Made by a program: the position numbers and the translations under genes. From positions 310,001 through 374,000 of the forward strand of contig NOWV01000022.1 in NCBI GenBank assembly GCA_003344405.1: 64,000 nt of DNA. Direction: 5' to 3'. Positions 1 to 14,500 of the stretch are shown one piece after another (positions within the stretch are counted from its first letter, which is position 1; the number at the start of each line of letters is the position of its first letter). The notes under the pieces are model-generated. The model was given only the letters and a program-made list of their open reading frames with translations, searched no databases and had not been told where the DNA came from. The DNA is from Trichoplax sp. H2 (taxonomy: Eukaryota).

Positions 1-211
1 AGGAGTTGCAAACATAAGTATCAGAATACTGTTGTTAATAGGATTTAACAGGGTATGTAACAAGAAGATCGCGAGGTCTTCTTTTTCCTAGTTTGTTGTA
101 AATGAAGTTACGGTTGGTTTTATTGTAATAAAGCTTAATTCGGTTTTTAAATCCAGTTAGACTGATTTATTGTGGATCCTGTAAGAATTGGCTTACTACC
201 ATAACATCCAT
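1..211 (-). CDS. Possible 5' end of a divergently transcribed gene running off the window (exons 211-197 and 87-<1; MDVMV|EKEDLAIFLLHTLLNPINNSILILMFATP...), product unknown
   Basis: ATG GAT GTT ATG GTA followed by a gtaag donor, a 109-bp intron ending in ctag, then a frame open to the window edge. Head-to-head with POLDIP2. No homology recognised. Confidence 0.3.
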
Positions 212-879
212 AGTCTTGCTAGTAGCATGCAAAGTATAATAGCCAATATTCCCATATACAGTACAGTATAAGACACTGAGAATCTTTATCAATCTAATTG
301 GCATAGTCCAAGTTTTTCCACACGATTGTTGCAATATACTGTATAGGTACTGTACCATACTGTACTGTACGTCGAGAGTCTGATTAATTCAATGGCACCC
401 TGAAAAAATAAAATTCTGCAAGTTAAATGAAGCCAAAACTAGGTAAATTCTATATGTAATCGTAGCCTAATAACTCATAAATGCCGTTCTACGGGTACCT
501 ATAAATATTATACAGGAATTTCAACGGAATACAACTTTCATTTTTGAACAACTGGCTGCCATCGAAAATAATATATTCAGACTGTAATATTAAATACTGC
601 CGTCCTGTACAGTGTACAGTGTACAGTATGTAGACTGTAGGAGACTACAGTGTACAGTACTGTACACTCACTCGGTGTACTGTACTGTACAGCATGTGAT
701 ACAGGGAATGGACAAGAACACGTCATGGCGACAATACTGTACACTATAATACTATACAGTATAATGTCCTGTCGTAGATCATACACTAAGCACTGTAGAT
801 TAGGACTGTACATCGGTACAGTACCGTGCACTCTTCAAGCGCTACCAAGACGCTCGACGAAGACACCAGTGGAATCAAG

Positions 880-3800
880 ATGGCGTTGCTTCGCCTTCTA
901 CGTCCTTCAACAGTAATGTTGAATGCAAAAGGAACGCTATTGCCTGCTTCTCGTCTATGTCGAAAGAGGATGCATAAGTAAGCCTATACTTGTTTCCAGA
1001 TATTTTATTCCACTGTACAAGAATAGGATAGCTACATTTCATGCATATTTCGATCACTGTGCCAGGTGTTGAGTCATCGTATCCATTCAACGCTACATTC
1101 TATGTCGGGATTATCTCGATTCTTTTTACATTGTGTCCTTTGCAATTGTGTAGACTGTATTGCATAATTTAGATGAAATGATATAGATTAGCAATATTTG
1201 TAGGCCAAGAATTGAGAAAAGAAATTTAGTAGTGACTACGTTACAATCGTTATCGACGATCATGCTGTCATGTCGTGCAATTACCAAGTATCAAGGATAC
1301 ACTTAGTAAATCCTGGTGGTAGACTTCTGCATGCTATTTTTCTACTAGCAATATTGAAATGATTATCTTGTCTTACTGGCGTTTGCATAGGTTAAGTAGG
1401 AAGCCAATATTACTGTAGTGCATTACCATCAGCAATGGCCAGTTTGGAAATTAGTTACTATGCTTATTGAAACCAAATTTCCTAGGTAATTCATGAGGTA
1501 TTCCTTTACTGCATGCTTTACGAAATAACTATAAACACGGGGTCCGTTTTATTTCATTGACCAATAAGATTATAATATTTATTCGAGTGAGATCTGTTTA
1601 GCTCAGCTTTATCCAAAGCTACCCTTACTACTTTCTAGTTCCTTTTAATTTATAATTAGATAATAAATACTTTCTCTGGCCGATAATATACTGCAAATTG
1701 CAGGATAATGTCATAATTTATTGCTTTTAATGCATTCTAATAAAATGTTACCTATATGCAAATAATGTCGCTTTCTATCACTTTACAAATCTAAAAATTT
1801 GCAAATTATCTTCAATTAATATAGCAGTCAAATTTATTCTCTCTGAGATGATTACAAAAATCAATTTGCTTTGCACAGATTAGCTACTGTAGGGGTTTTA
1901 ACATCACCAAAGGTCGATGACCATTATCAACCTGGACAAGTAAGTTAATCTTAATTACGCTAAAGTAGTACAGTAAATTATTAATACAAATCGATCGTTT
2001 AACAAAATTTATCTTTGCGAATATGAACTTCATTATTAGTCGTCCTAAAAGTACTGCAAATACGCGTACTATTTCCTACACTTGACAATCCTATTTACTG
2101 CTAACTGAAATTATCTATGATTTCTTCATCAGTTGTTCCTTCATCGGTTCTTTGGCTATCGTGGTGTCGTGTTATATCGATGGCCAGCTAACTTATATGA
2201 TAGAGATGAAGAAAATATTGTGTTAGTTCAACATTATATTAGTGCAGGGCATGTATATATTGAAGTTTATTATAGTAGGGTATAACTATAATTTACATCA
2301 TACTGTCTTAGTCTAGCTCAATATGCGTAATCTTTATATAACTAGAATAATATGTAATTTTCTTAACGATAAATCTTAGCTAAGCTAATTGACCGTCTTT
2401 TCCAATCTAGTCATACTAAAGAAAAGGAAGGAGATCATCAACCTCAAAAAGCAATTTATTATCAAGTTCTAGTTGACCAACGAGATGCCCCTTATGTTGT
2501 AAGTAAATTGTCACATTTATTGACACTACACAAAAGTTTGCTTGCGTACCACTATGTCTAGTTATATGAGGCATTTTTATAGTATATTACTTCTAAGAAG
2601 AACTTATAATTGTATTATCTTATCTAGAAAATGCAACGTGACAGTATTACGTTCCTAGGAAATAGTGCAGAAGAACCGCTATATTCTTTACCAGGTTTGC
2701 TAATTATTTATTATGCCCTTGCTTTACTCCTCCAACCTTATATTAATAAATCAAACTATGGCATCTTTATTACTAATTAAGAAGATTAAATCAATTCCGT
2801 TATTGACTGTGCGCTAACTGCGAATATTTTTACTATAAATACTCATTTGTTGACAATGTTATGTCTTGTTTAATAGGATTCGATTACTTAAGTCACGATG
2901 ACGTCCTGCCTTATAAAACTGTGGATAAGCAACCAATTAAACATAACTTTTTCAATAAATTTTTTGAAGTTGATGAAAGAAATGGTAAGTTATCGTTTAT
3001 ATCCCAAAATTTATACTATCTTTGTACTATAGAACATAAATTAAAGAATATTTATCAATTGAAATGCTACAAATATGTCATTTTAACTGTCTTGAAGTTT
3101 TTCCAAGTGTGATTATATAGTTGAAGAGCATCTAAACATTCATTATAGGTTCGATATCTTTCAATCCAAGAGAGTCCCTGAAATCGTGGCACGACAAAAA
3201 TCATCATTTTTTGGAATTGTCAGCTGTTTACCGTTGCGTCACTAACGATCTACGAGTTACTGTATTACCATTCTATATGGGATCTAGGGTAATGCTGTGC
3301 TACTTGATTGATTTAATCCTATATGTAACTGATTCTTTGTCCTAATTAGTATGTTATCTATCTTGTATATATTTATTGTAAACAGAAGGTATAAATAGTA
3401 GTGATTAAATGAATTATGCGTTACACTGCATAGATGAATAGGGAAGATAACGTAAAAAGTTATCAATCGCAATTTTTACATTATATTTAATAGAATTTTG
3501 TTACCAAAGATGAGGATGTACACTATTATTGGGTAAGATCGTTAATGGATACTCATAACCCTGATGATATTCTCGATAGCATTCTAATTATAAGAAATGT
3601 TTACAGTGGAGGTACTGCGTGAGAATTGAAAATCTAGGGACTATCCCTGTTAGATTGATTAATCGCCATTGGATTATACGAAGCGGTAATAATTTAGAAG
3701 AAGTACACGGACGTGGTGTTGTTGGGATGGTATGCTATAATCGCTACTTTAATCCTTTTTTAGCTTTACGTAACAATAAAAAGAAATAGATTAGTTATAC

Positions 3801-4201
3801 TACCTTGCTATATTGAATGGAATAAATCAATTCTCTGCGTTATTTTCAATTTCCTCATAGATGCCAGTACTTAATAAGCAAGAGCCGGCATTCCAGTATA
3901 GTAGCCATATTTCTTTGAAGTCATCTAGTGGGCACATGTGGTAATAATTAAAGTACTGTTATGATGACTGTAACGGTTTTTCAATTACTATTGTACTACA
4001 CTCTATTTTTTATCCTAGATTACTGTATTCTTAAGAATTGACTTTTCATACATAAAGAATCTTGATGCTTTTAAATCAACTTTTCATTCGATGTTCTTCT
4101 ATCTCTATTTCTTAATCAGGGGAAATTTTCAATTCGATAGATTGGATGGCTTAGGAAATATTTTCTGTCGGATACCGATGTTGAACTTAACTAGTAAATA
4201 G
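880..4201 (+). CDS. POLDIP2: Polymerase delta-interacting protein 2 (YccV-like + ApaG/DUF525 domains). 11 exons: 880-977, 1879-1939, 2133-2221, 2411-2498, 2628-2694, 2877-2984, 3149-3288, 3494-3532, 3607-3729, 3861-3940, 4120-4201
   Basis: Spliced translation gives GQLFLHRFFGYRGVVLYRW, YYQVLVDQRD, PGFDYLSHDDVLPY, RVTVLPFYMG, WWRYCVRIENL, HGRGVVG and EPAFQYSSHISLKSSSGHMWG, all matching recalled POLDIP2 motifs. All introns are GT-AG with consistent phases. Exon 1 (MALLRLLRPSTVMLNAKGTLLPASRLCRKRMH) is Arg-rich and acid-free, like a mitochondrial presequence. Confidence 0.93.
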
Positions 4202-7200
4202 TAGTATACCATATCAAAGGCGATGTATTATTTTCTTGTTTATTTACAAATTTACCAAAGTGTAAAAATTAGAAATGTACGTTGTGTTGATGAGACAACA
4301 CATTCGCGATCGCGTCTTGGATTAGAGTTTTCCTCATTTTAGTAAGTATCGAAATCTGCGCAAATCCATCGTACCGTACATGCTAGCATATGACTGAATG
4401 CAAAATAAGTATATAAGGATTATCCGATACACTTGAAAGCTGTGCTGCTTCTTAATCTCGATTATTCACTTTTAAAAACTTCATATTTATGCGTTTTATG
4501 CCTGTCAACATTGTTGACTTGGGTAAAATTTTTGATTAATGATATTTAACTAAACAGTTATTCCTTTGGGAACATTACCTCATAGCGATAAATCGTTGAT
4601 AGTGATATCAAGGACTGTTTATATACTAGGTAAAGATGCGCCTTATGCCAACTTTAAGTTGAAGAATATGACTTAAATATGTATAAAGCACTTACATCTC
4701 TATAACTGAGAATATCCATCATATGAACAGAAGCATTTGCTTATCTTGAACATTAGATATTCGATTAAAGTTATTTCTAGTTAAATATATGTTTTATTAT
4801 CTTGCGGGGTCAATGTGTATAATATCATAAACACAGAAAGAGTGTGTTATCATTTCGTTATAGTGTCATTGTTGCCTAAATTAGATTTGAATAAAGAGTA
4901 GAATACCAGATCGCACGTTTCTATTTATACAAAAAGTTATTGGTAGAGATAATACGTACGGTACTCTTTTTGTATAGATATTCTGTGCAAGCAGAACACT
5001 AATAACGCAATTACAATCTGTATACCAATGCAGTACAATAAATCGAATACTGTATATTAACAGAACAAAAAGTACTACCAATACTACCTAATATAGCAAT
5101 ACTGCAGTATAGAAGTTATTCATATTACTGAATTTCCACATGTTATAGATGCATGAGCTATACTCGTACACCACGTATTTCCCTGTAACATTATAAATTA
5201 TATCATTATGCTATACAATATATATTTGTCTACGTTCTTATGAGACTCATACACGATTTGCATCATCGGTTTGAAAGTGCTGTATATTAGCCGTATAATC
5301 AATTATGATTTAAGTTCTATCATAATTTCTATACCTGCTCTTTGTCTCTCAAACGCGGCTCAATCTTCTTGTCACTTATTTCTAATAAATGATTCTATCT
5401 TAGTTTTGTCACCTTTCATCCTTCACTGAAGTTGATGTAGGAATATTTTACAAAGAATATCGCTTATACTTTATGCGGCATACGTAATTAATCAAACTGG
5501 ATCTCATCTAAAGCTTATTGTAATAAATTATTGATAATCTTCCTATGATAGATATTTTTAACTTGGAAAATGCTAACCATCTTTTATAATAGTTATTTAT
5601 TTTCCTCTTCACTTCTAATTTTGATACGCTATACAGTATTTCGAGGTAAAATAACCTGCTATATTTATTTTTATAACGATATCCGAAATTATAATGAATG
5701 TTACAGTGACACTGAATAAAAATTCCCATTACACGACGACCTGAAATTTATCTATTGTCTTCAAATTATTAGATGTAAATACTTTACGTCTACGTGTGTA
5801 TCCTGTTAGACAGGTATTTACTGATTTCAAAATGGTCTAATTCATATTCCCAAACGTATCTATCGTAATGCCCTGTTGCCAGTATTAACCAAATGAAAAT
5901 ATCTCAATTATAAATCCGGTTTAAAAACGATTTGAATACAGGTGCCTTTAGGTGGAACGCTGATTAAGGATATCATGTGTAGGAGTGGGCAAGTTTTGCA
6001 TTTACAGTCAAAATGATAAAATGTGTTTGTCAAGGCAATCAGAAGCTATCGAATACATCGCCGCCTGGTACTATTGTAGTCTAAGAGTAATTAATCATGT
6101 CAATAGAAGTGCTTAGAATTAGTCTACACTAACTACCAATAATAAAGGAAATTAATGAAAATATTGTTGGTCCATTGTAGCGCGCTTTAAAATTTATCAT
6201 ATGAATATAGAAGATTTGGCATACAGGAATTGGTAGTAACTACTAAAATATGCTAGTAACAGATCTTAAGTTATGATCGCATCACAGGATAATTAGTGTT
6301 AATTAGTAATTAATTAATTCATTCTACTTCTATCTTAATCTCGATCTTATCGCTAAATGTACGCATATAAATCAGATACTTTTTATAAAAGCTAAATGAG
6401 AATATGCCTATCAGATGGCATGAGCATTTTCTTCAAGGTTTAAAAACATGAATATCTTATTCTTTATGCACAGCAGCTTTAGATGAACTTTCGATACAAT
6501 AGAATAATAGCTGCAGTATATGTATTACATATCGTTTAAGCATTCACCAAACTAGTTTACTTTCTAGTTGTGGGTGGGTGAGTGGGAGAATATCAACATT
6601 TAAGCGTCGGTGTATTACTCATACTGTCAAGTTACTTTCTGCTATTATAGAAAACTTACTCCATACCGGTTTTTAATTACTATGTCAATCTTAAACCTTC
6701 TGCGACGAGATAGGGTTTAATTATTCAAATACCGGTATCGCCGGTACTGCTTCTTATGAAACTCGTTTTCTGTAACATAAAATAAGCATCTAAAAGTATA
6801 GCTTATATTTAATTATCTATGAAGTATATGCTCAATCAACTCCAGTTGAAGCGCGGAAAAATATTCATTACTTGCTGAGAATTACATCATCATTATTACC
6901 ATAACTCTCTTATATGGGGAGACTAGGATAAGCGAGCGATTGACTAAATTCAAAAGTTTGGTCTTTTATTAAATGCCACAATCTGTATGTTTTATTAAAA
7001 CAAAAACAGTTTCCTTGAATGAATTTTAGCATTACTGTAATTAGTAAAAGTAATTCTCGGTAATATAAATTTTTAGTGGTCAACAAACTGTTTGTTCGAT
7101 CTTGAATTACATACTTACCGGAGTGCCATATGTATTATTTACATGTTTTCAAAGTTAGGACTTGGAAGTATCAACAAGACCTATTCGACCCTAAGTATTA

Positions 7201-10200
7201 CCTTTAGCATATTGACATAGTTACACTAATGGAAGTGAAATTTTGACTGCTTCTGTTCCATTACATTCAGATAATCTTCGGTTACTAAGAGTAACATGTT
7301 TGAAATATTTTGATTTTTCTATCACCTTTTTATGCATTATTCTCTTTATTTACCAGACTCTATAAGTCATTATAAATATTAATGCCATAAATATTTTAAT
7401 GATGAATAGTATTCTATTGTACATAAACATATCGAGTGGTAAGTTATTAACATGCTAAAAGAATATTATAATAACAAATACAGACACGTAAGTAGAGTAA
7501 CTGCTCTCTTTTGTATCATTCCAACAGTCTTGCATTTAATGCTTTGATTTTTCCCGCAGGTAACTCACCTGATATTAAACATCCAATAAGATACAATATT
7601 TATATTTGTATATGTATATGTTTGGGTTATTAGTCTTATAGTCTTACGAGCTGAACTTTTTAAGTAAATTATTGCATAATTACTAGGAGATCGTTATGAG
7701 AAATTGCTATTTCACAAATTTTAGTTAGTTTTGGATCGGATTTAGGTGATGTAATTTCGTATATCATTGTCTTAAGCCTTGTATTACTGTTATTGTACTA
7801 CTACAGCATCGTAAATTATTCGCAGAGAATTTGTTCTTGTTAGTCAAATTAACTAAATCTTGCTAATTTGCAATAATATTCTCTCAGCTTTACAGTAACT
7901 ACACAAAGAATGAACAATAATAAAATTATAGTCATGTTTTATAAAGCCCAACTGCCAAATTGTATGTGGGAGTTAGTTTCAGCTAAATGCCAATGTTTTA
8001 GTTATTTGAAGTGTAATATAATTAATCAATAAAGCTATTAGTATAAGTAATATCTGAGATTTGTATAGAATTAAATATTCAGCATTATAATATTCTTTAT
8101 GTTTTTTGATACAAAGTGGGGTAGAGATGATATCAGTTGTATTTTGTTATTAACTAGAAATTTTGTCAAACGTTTGCTAGATTATATTTTCGTCAAATAT
8201 GAGTACTGCATTTTTGCTGCAAGCTATTGTTACTCTAAGGTATATATTAAACTAATTTTAAAGATATTCTAGTATGTTTAATCATTATCTCTGTTACTGC
8301 TAATCATAAAACTATATTTATACGCGTATTCTTGTAATGGAGGTACACCGGAGATATTTCAGGGTCTTCTCCTATCTCGAACTACTTATCAAGATCAGTT
8401 TTCCGAGACAACTATGAACTTTTTTCTTAAGTTTTACGGTAGAAACAACATAGACAGTCTCCTTACGCGCAAATGATGAACTAAAGAACTCTTCTTATAG
8501 TAAAAAGTTACTCGAATTTGTGCCTTCTATTTATATTCGCGAGCAGCTATAGGGTGCATACGTTCATATACATTGAAATTAATACTGGTAGACAATATTG
8601 TAGGTCTTATATTCTTGGGTCTAAATTTGTATTATTTTGTACTCTACTTTAGAATACGTTAGAGTACGCATAGAACACGAGATTAATCACGGTCGAAATA
8701 CGACGTGACCTTCGAGTTCTCTTATAATTAAATATCCAACTGCTGTAATTTACTTACCCTTACCAGAAAATGAACTAATTTTATAATCTATAACCCTGAT
8801 AACAAGTTATCTTCCGCATAGCAGTTAAAATAGGGTATTTATACTACATGGTAGCATTTAAAATATTGATACTGCTCTAAAATATTAACGTACTTTCAAA
8901 GATTTCCCTGCTATATAGAATGATCTATTTTCTCAACTATTTATTAACTTATATCATATAAGAAATTATTGAATAATTTTGTATTTTATATCCTAAGAAT
9001 TTACCTTATTGTAAATGAAAATATTATGTTAGTGTCATATTTTTTCTTTCTACCAATTAGGTACAATTTCACATTGTAGATAGATGCTATCTGTTACATA
9101 CAACAATTCTAAGTACTCAATTAACTACAGCTGAAAATTTTGACCTTCAGACTTTAGACTTTGTACATATTTCGGTATTTTACACTTCTAAATTAAATTA
9201 AATATTTCATGAAATGAACTCTTTAAAATACTTCTTTAAATGTTATCATAAATTTAGTGATTTAAAACTATTTCAATCTGTATAGACTAAGATTTATTGT
9301 CACATGTTGAATTTAGAAAGCATAATGATGAAAATGTCTTTCGAAAGAGTTCTTATCTATATCTACAAATTAATTTATATAGCTATTATTATTCTTTGTT
9401 GCAAGCAATAAGTTGACATAATTTTTTAAAGTGTATGTTGCCCCAGATAATCTGATTCATAGCTATGATTACGGAAGGTTGATGAATTTACATCGTACTT
9501 TACCTTTTAAATGAGGCTATTCTATCTAGTGTATGAAATTACTATCTTGCTTACACTATGTCTTAGGCAGTTCCTTAAATTTGATTAAAATTGTTTACAT
9601 TGTTCTAATGGTGATTTTGAGTACAAGTAAAAGGAGAGTTGATGCCCGTATTGGGCCTAAAGATTCGATTACTTTTAAATTTAGGGATTAATACAGTACT
9701 GCATTAATTAGCTCCTTATCAAGGAGTATAACATTTTTAAAGAGTAAAGCAGAAATACGGTGCCAAATACGGTATCTAGTTATGGCATTTCTAACTCCTA
9801 TGTTTTCAATTCTATTAGATCTTTTCTTATCCGTGCGATAAAAATTTATGTAGTTTCGATACTTTGCAACAGTTAGATTGCATGATGATGATGCAACAAG
9901 ACAATTATTAACCAGTCTAAACTAACACTCGATATAGTTTAATTGTCAGTTTGAACAGCTGACAACTTTATCTAAGATACTGTTGTAAATCGTGTTATCT
10001 CCCTAAATTTGATATTATTATTTGCAATACAAAATAAATAAAACGACGGTCTTTTCTTCGATATTTTAGGGCTTAACAGGTACTATAAGACTATCAAACT
10101 ATCGGTAAAAATTGTTCGGATAATTGAATATGATTAAATCACAATCTATTGACATAATTTGTTTTGGAAGAGAACAATATTTTACTATTGGTCAATCAAG

Positions 10201-11569
10201 GATAAATTTTTGTAGATCGTAGGTGATTGATGATGTATTCGCAAGATTACGTGTAAGCATCTTAAGTTTTAATACCGTATAAAAGATGGTAGTAGTAATT
10301 ACCATGATTAAGATCTCTTCTATGACTTTCACTCGAGAGATGATTAAGTTGCTAGTAAGCAGATTGTACCTAAATTATTATTACGTCTATTGAAATTCAG
10401 TCCTATCACCAGGACACCATTTTGGGCGTATGTATTAGTCTTGCTACTTCTTAACTTATTTCTTCAATAACCAAAACAAGTACGTAAATAACTAACCAGG
10501 TAATCAAAATTAGAATACAACTCAAGTTACTCTCTTAATATGATCAACTATATAATAAAAGACGACAACCGATCAATTTCATGCCTACAAGTACGGTAAT
10601 ATACAGTATTTATTTATTTCCTTATGAAAAATTCTTCAATTTTTTATATTATAACTGATTAAATGTGTCATGTTGTTGATGAATGTTCTGTGTATGCATA
10701 CTAATAAGGTATAGGCTGGTAGTGATCTGATTATTAGGTGGGTGATAAAAAAACCTTTGTCAACAAAGACATGGAGATGCTTGACATCAGAGATATTAAA
10801 GAACACCTCCGTACATAAATATTGAATAGCGATGTAGTAAATTGTCTTTCTTGATTCAATAATTGACACAGTCATATGCTTGGACAATATGTTAGAATCA
10901 CTACCCGTCGTACATTAAAACCTAATTGATTAGTTACTGTCAGATGATCAATTATTCAGTCAGAGAATTGGTGTGACGCAGTAATGCTCTAAAATTACTG
11001 GTAGTCTGCTGAAAGTTCAAATTGTTATGGTAATCTACTTCTTTAAACAAATGATGACCTTAGACAAGAGAACGAATACGTACTTAACAATGTATTGCAG
11101 TTTAGGCTACTGGTCAATTAATTACTTGGTACGACGGGTGCAGATATAACAATGATTGAATGCGAAGACGATCATTATAATAACTATAATCACATCGGAA
11201 TAGGAGAATAGAATAAAACATCGAGATAGTATTGAAAATAGTTCATACACAAGTTGAACAGGTAAGAAAGCAACCGAAAATTCAGATAAAAATCATGTAA
11301 ACATGGGTTATAGTTTCAAGTAGGAGTACTCTAATAAGAGAAAAAATAAAAATAAATAAAGCGACTAGTATATATGTAGCTTATCTTTTAGCTAATGCCG
11401 TAAATTTTTTATTGTTGTTACGTATATCCTGTTAATTTTACATCTCTATAAGGGCTTGATGTAATAGATTCATGATGATATCTTTACAGTATCATCCCCA
11501 AGTGTACTCGTGTTTGCTATTTTTCAGCAAGTCAATGATAATAAATATTTACAACGTGATCTAGAGATC

Positions 11570-14500
11570 ATGGCTGATACTAATAGCGATATCGAGAAAG
11601 AAAAAAAGATCGATGAAGAAGCTGAAGTAGCTAAACCAGTTGATTCTGAAAGTGTTGAAGAAGAACGAGAAGGTTGGGGTAAAAAAATTGAATTTCTCCT
11701 TTGCTGCGTTGGCTATGCAGTTGGAGTTGGCAATGTATTGCGATTTCCATACCTATGCTACGAAAATGGCGGCGGTAAGTTATGTCAACGCTTCAACGCA
11801 TTTTACATTAATCTTATTCGCAACTAGCGGTTGCTGCACAATGCACACCAGTCAGAATTATTTTTATAGGTATGATCAGATACAAACCAGAACGATTATT
11901 TATACTAAGTAAAGCAATACGGATTAGAATTTTTTTTCTGCAGTACGATCATGTAGCCGTAAACTTGATAAGAAACAACACGTGTTAAGCGGTAAAAATG
12001 TCTTTGTAGAATCTGTCAAGGATACTGAGTTAAAGGGAATGTGCTACTCATGTGGATAACAGTTTATTTGGTTGTCTTTGACCTTTTTCTTTTGATGCAG
12101 TTTTTGTAGAGTAATCAAAATGATGAGAATAAAAAGTTATTCAGTTGGATCTACATTAAAAAATAATACTGGAGCTACGAGATTTCCACATCTACGTGAC
12201 TCGCCATTACAGTTTCACATCACTACTATAGAGCATGAAATCTTGGATAAGAGCTCTTCCAAAAAATACAGTGCAAAAACTTTATGTAATAAATTCTATT
12301 GAAGATAACGTACTTCTTCACTGCTAAGTAGATATAAGACGTAGAGCTATTTTGAATTTATACGCGTATCTCAGTAAACTTACTACAGCATAGAAATATT
12401 CAAGCTTGCACTTGTAGGCGTATTAATTATCTTAAGATTTAGTAAGGCTCATTCTTGAGCATTTCCAAATTTTTGTTCTATTCTAAAAATATGATTATAG
12501 ACTGTTTTTCAGTAGCAAGTACTCTAAAAAAAGGTTACCATTAAATAAGAAATCTATGAAAAGTTGAACTAATGTAAAATACATGTATAGTAGCAACTAG
12601 TCTAGTTTTAAGGCGCTTGCTGGAAACATAAATGCTTCGATAAATACAGTTTATTATTTTTCTAGGCTTTATACGATTTTTTTTGTTTGCCAACTAGTCT
12701 CTAGTAATGATTATAAGGTCAGTGTTGGCTAAAATCTTTTTTTTTATCTAGGGGCATTTCTGATTCCATACTTTCTATGCATGATATTTTGTGGCATACC
12801 GCTGATTGCGTTAGAATTTGCTATTGGGCAATACTGGCAGAAAGGACCTACCGTGGTCTTTTTACATCTATGTCCGCTATTAAGTGGTTCGTACTCGTAT
12901 TGCATTTTTATTCAATTACTGCCATTTATCATTATTAATTCGACCAATTAGATGTTATCATAAGAATGGCTTCAATATTATATAAGCTATGTGATACAGG
13001 AAAGTAAAATACACTCTTATTTTTATTGTATTTAAAAATATTTAGGGATTGGCTATTGCATGATTATGATATCTTTCCTAGTGTCTACCTATTACATCAG
13101 TTTGCTTGTTTGGGTTCTTTATTACTTATTCAGCAGTTTTGGTAATCCATTGCCTTGGTTAACTTGTGATAACCCATGGAATACACCAAACTGCGTTGTC
13201 TATAATAGATCAAATCCAAACCTAACTGGGACTTCACCAAGCGAAGAATTTTTAAAGTTAGTTCGATAAATTCATGACAGCCTATTTACGCTAATAGATT
13301 TTAACTAAATTTCCAATCATTTTTATTAACGACTCATTCACTTCTACAATCAACTACTATAGATTTAATTATGGCCTCAATACCTACTATTTTTCAAGGA
13401 AAATGGGGGTTATGTAATACTTATGATCAATTTTTTTTAGCGAAAAAGTTCTAAATATGACCAGTTCGCCGTCAGAAATCGGAATTGTGAAGTGGGATCT
13501 GGTTCTACTACTCTTGTTGTCATGGATTATCATTTATTTTTGCTCATTCAAGGGCGTTCAATGGACTGGAAAGGTATGACACCGCACGCTATAGCTACTA
13601 TTTAAGTGTAGATCGTATGCAGTACAAAAGGAAATGTAAAATTTTTTAAATCGCTGGTTTTTTAATTTGTTGTGCATCTGATATATTGAAACAAAAATCT
13701 TTCTGAAAACAAATCGCAAATCAAAATTGATGGTATACTTTGATATCATAGTTAGTGCTGATGTTCTGTTTAAAAAATTACCGCTTTTGAAAATATTGTC
13801 TTTTTGTATATAGAAATTGCAAGTTAGTGAAATGACTGTATTGTGGTATATATACACATTGCATTTTGAAGCTTCACTAAATATATATACTATAGGTTTA
13901 GTTTATTTAAAAACCGATAACTACCATACTACTACAACTGCATTGCAGGATATTTCTTTTATACGCATGCACTTTGCTATTATTAAATTTCATCGCGCTA
14001 TTTATATAAGATATGGAACAAGTACTTACGTTTCGGTTGAACTTAAAAAATAAATAAACTTCAATAAATCTATTCATTGGCGTAGTAGCTAGTCAATAAT
14101 AGATAATAATAACATTCATCTATTAATACTGAGTTGATCAATTGTAGATTTTTAAATACATGAACTCATGACATGAACTCATATGCTCTAATTTTGTGAT
14201 AGGTCGTTTACTTTACGGCAACATTCCCTTATCTTGTTTTGGTCATCCTTTTCATCCGTGGACTTACCTTGGAAGGTGCTGGTGATGGTCTTTACTTTTA
14301 TTTAAATCCAAAGTTTGAGCTGCTACGAAGTATAGATGTAATACGCTTATTTTTTAATACCATTCATATTCTTATTGACAATACGATGTTATTCAGGATA
14401 CAAAACATGTCACTAATGCAATTAAAAATGGATGATTCATAATGTTTTAAAAATAAAATTCAATTAAAGCTCCATTCTATCTTACAGTAAGTTTGCTTTC

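Noticed and set aside
577..916. ORFs rich in Y/S/T/V/Q/C here and at 21383-22148 and 33575-34374
   Set aside because: They are translations of the TA-CWG-TA arrays and repeats, with no protein-like motifs.
4300..11500. Hidden gene or ncRNA in the 7-kb region upstream of SLC6
   Set aside because: No coherent exon chain and no tRNA/snRNA signature recognised. Only short hairpins (for example ~8675-8720). Probably regulatory or 5' UTR intron sequence.
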